A stretch of DNA of 64,000 nt from positions 14,014,001-14,078,000 of the forward strand of contig CM119372.1 in the NCBI GenBank assembly GCA_051294905.1, in the 5' to 3' direction. Below are positions 63,101 through 64,000 of the stretch, one piece after another (position 1 is the first letter of the stretch; each line of letters starts with the position of its first letter). The notes below the pieces were generated by a model. It had not been told where the DNA came from, did not search any database, and was given only the letters and a program-made list of their open reading frames with translations. Made by a program: the position numbers and the translations under genes. Source of the DNA: Botryllus schlosseri. Lineage: Eukaryota.

Positions 63101-64000
63101 CGGCTTGTCATGTTAACATGGAATGAAATGTTTTCGCAGAAACAGAACACTGCAGACCTAGCAATAGAAACGAACCCAGAAGGAGACGGTTCTGAGAATC
63201 AAGATCAAAGCATCGTTCGCTCTCCACCTGCGGGAACGAAGGAGACTCCCAACTACAAGGCTAGCATTGACCTCGAACAAGCAAAAAAATTATTTGAGGC
63301 CGACACTTCTTCACCTCGTAGCGGCCGGTCGAGCAGATGTAAGTTATCTAATCGGTTAATCGTAAGTTGCATGCATGAATAAAAATTTAAACAGTATTGG
63401 GCACCGGGCGGGGCCATATATGCGTATCGTGTTCAGTTACGAAATCACTTTTGACCTGGATGGAAACATGCTGCAAATCCAGTCAATTTTCAGTTAATTG
63501 ATGATTCGGTCCACCATAGTCTGGCTGCTCGCCTGTATTATTGATAGCTGCAATATAAAAGATAAGATGCAGAGTTGCTTGCATAATTAATTATATGGCA
63601 GAGTTGAATGATAGGAATAATTTAGTTGTATGGATTACATGTGCCCACGTGCAGTGTGTTCTTGGTTATCTTTCTGATAAACACATAAACTTTTATCTTT
63701 CAGCTTCCAGCGCCAGCTTTCGCCGTAGATCCCCACGCAGCCAATCTACTCCTTCTCCGGTAAATCGTGGCCGTCTCTCTGTAAGCTCCTCCAAATCTCC
63801 GTCCCCCGTTCGTACATCGTCTCGTAACTCAAGCTCGTCGAATCGAGGGTCTTCTCCCCGAGGCAGGTCTCCGAAAAAGTTTGGTGATCCTGACGTGGTC
63901 GTGTTGGAACACGCGGAAGTGAACTATTACTACGAGGACAACGACTCTCGGTTAATATCGAAAAGCAAAAGCCCCAATCGCAGTCATACGTCTGATGAGA
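42178..64000 (+). CDS. LIMA1/EPLIN- or XIRP-like actin-binding repeat protein, 5' part (continues beyond the window)
   Basis: Phase-compatible exons 42178-42248, 42952-43102, 43249-43393, 43878-43966, 44651-44730, (45857-45934), 47131-47298, 47433-47610, 48132-48180, 51207-51285, 52243-52297, 63140-63338, 63704->64000. Repeated motifs: VKSMKSKWE, LGALKEKFE, VDEKKNRFE, LSSLKQQFE, IKSLRKRFE, LEQAKKLFE. VKERLARYKAM resembles the LIMA1/XIRP2 LKERMAKYQAA-type motif. Last exon is Ser/Arg/Pro-rich. No LIM domain is visible in the window, so the family call is tentative. Confidence 0.72.
45857..45934 (+). CDS. Probable alternative (cassette) exon of the actin-binding repeat gene
   Basis: Strong polypyrimidine tract plus CAG acceptor; 78 nt; symmetric phase 2-2; stop-free (RKVRHVTSTKSNSPPTSSRKTAVSDK); AG|GT donor. 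Confidence 0.6.
45936..46042 (+). promoter_or_regulatory. Cluster of four TGCATG (RBFOX-type) intronic splicing elements
   Basis: TGCATG at 45936, 46002, 46019 and 46037, immediately downstream of the cassette exon. Confidence 0.6.
50481..51010. mobile_element. Foldback MITE with inverted arms of about 210 bp (Kolobok-like ends)
   Basis: 50481-50693 pairs with 50798-51010. Ends TTGAAGAGGCACTG / CAGTGCCCCTTTAG resemble TTAA-AGGGGCAC termini. Confidence 0.8.
52580..52755 (+). mobile_element. Old tRNA-derived SINE
   Basis: TAGCGTGTTGGTAGAGC head, degenerate B-box and CCGGATCAGACAAAATACT core, resembling the family at 22243. Confidence 0.45.
53112..54175. mobile_element. Degenerate GACTCGAGTC-family hAT element
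   Basis: GACTTGACTCGAGTC motifs; right end GGTAGTGGCTCGATCCCAACACTG matches the left TIR of 23738-24510. Confidence 0.55.
55746..56165. mobile_element. hAT MITE with TCCG(G/A) arrays
   Basis: TIRs TAGTACGGAGC / GCTCCGCCCTA; TSD CCCTACAT / CCCTACAC. Confidence 0.75.
58510..58814. mobile_element. hAT MITE (same family as 9270-9578)
   Basis: TIRs CAGTGGTTCTCAAAC / GTTTGAGAACCACTG; flanks GTATAAAT / GTCTATAT. Confidence 0.85.
59600..61030 (-). mobile_element. L1/Tx1-clade LINE ORF2 remnant (5'-truncated, internally deleted, frameshifted)
   Basis: PITASEV...KERSPGSDGLTVEFY, WRPISLLNTDHKVMVKILNNRL, DVRKAFDKVDH, RGIRQ, joined directly to a C-terminal CKFC..EEDTLHHTFAEC zinc knuckle. AATAAA lies on the minus strand near 59610. 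Confidence 0.88.

Overview
Eukaryotic (animal) genomic DNA. It is AT-rich with many short GT-AG introns (58-100 nt), which fits an invertebrate chordate such as an ascidian; the taxon is my inference. I reconstructed three spliced + strand genes by hand. Two are complete, tandem, diverged carnitine O-octanoyltransferase (CROT)-like paralogues: 11661-19689 (630 aa, ends -SRL) and 30221-35906 (about 613 aa, ends -SKL), each with 13 coding exons at matching intron positions. The third is the 5' part of a LIMA1/XIRP-like actin-binding repeat gene (42178 to beyond 64000). Intergenic and intronic space is packed with non-autonomous hAT elements, many with exact 8-bp target-site duplications (TSDs) and family-specific short-motif arrays. 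It also holds tRNA-derived SINEs, a CR1/L2-type and an L1/Tx1-type LINE remnant, and foldback elements. Most interesting signals: a possible dual mitochondrial/peroxisomal CROT paralogue, active-site divergence between the paralogues, an RBFOX-motif-flanked cassette exon that splits an actin-binding repeat, and a stop-free 3n intron. No prokaryotic system or CRISPR array is supported.
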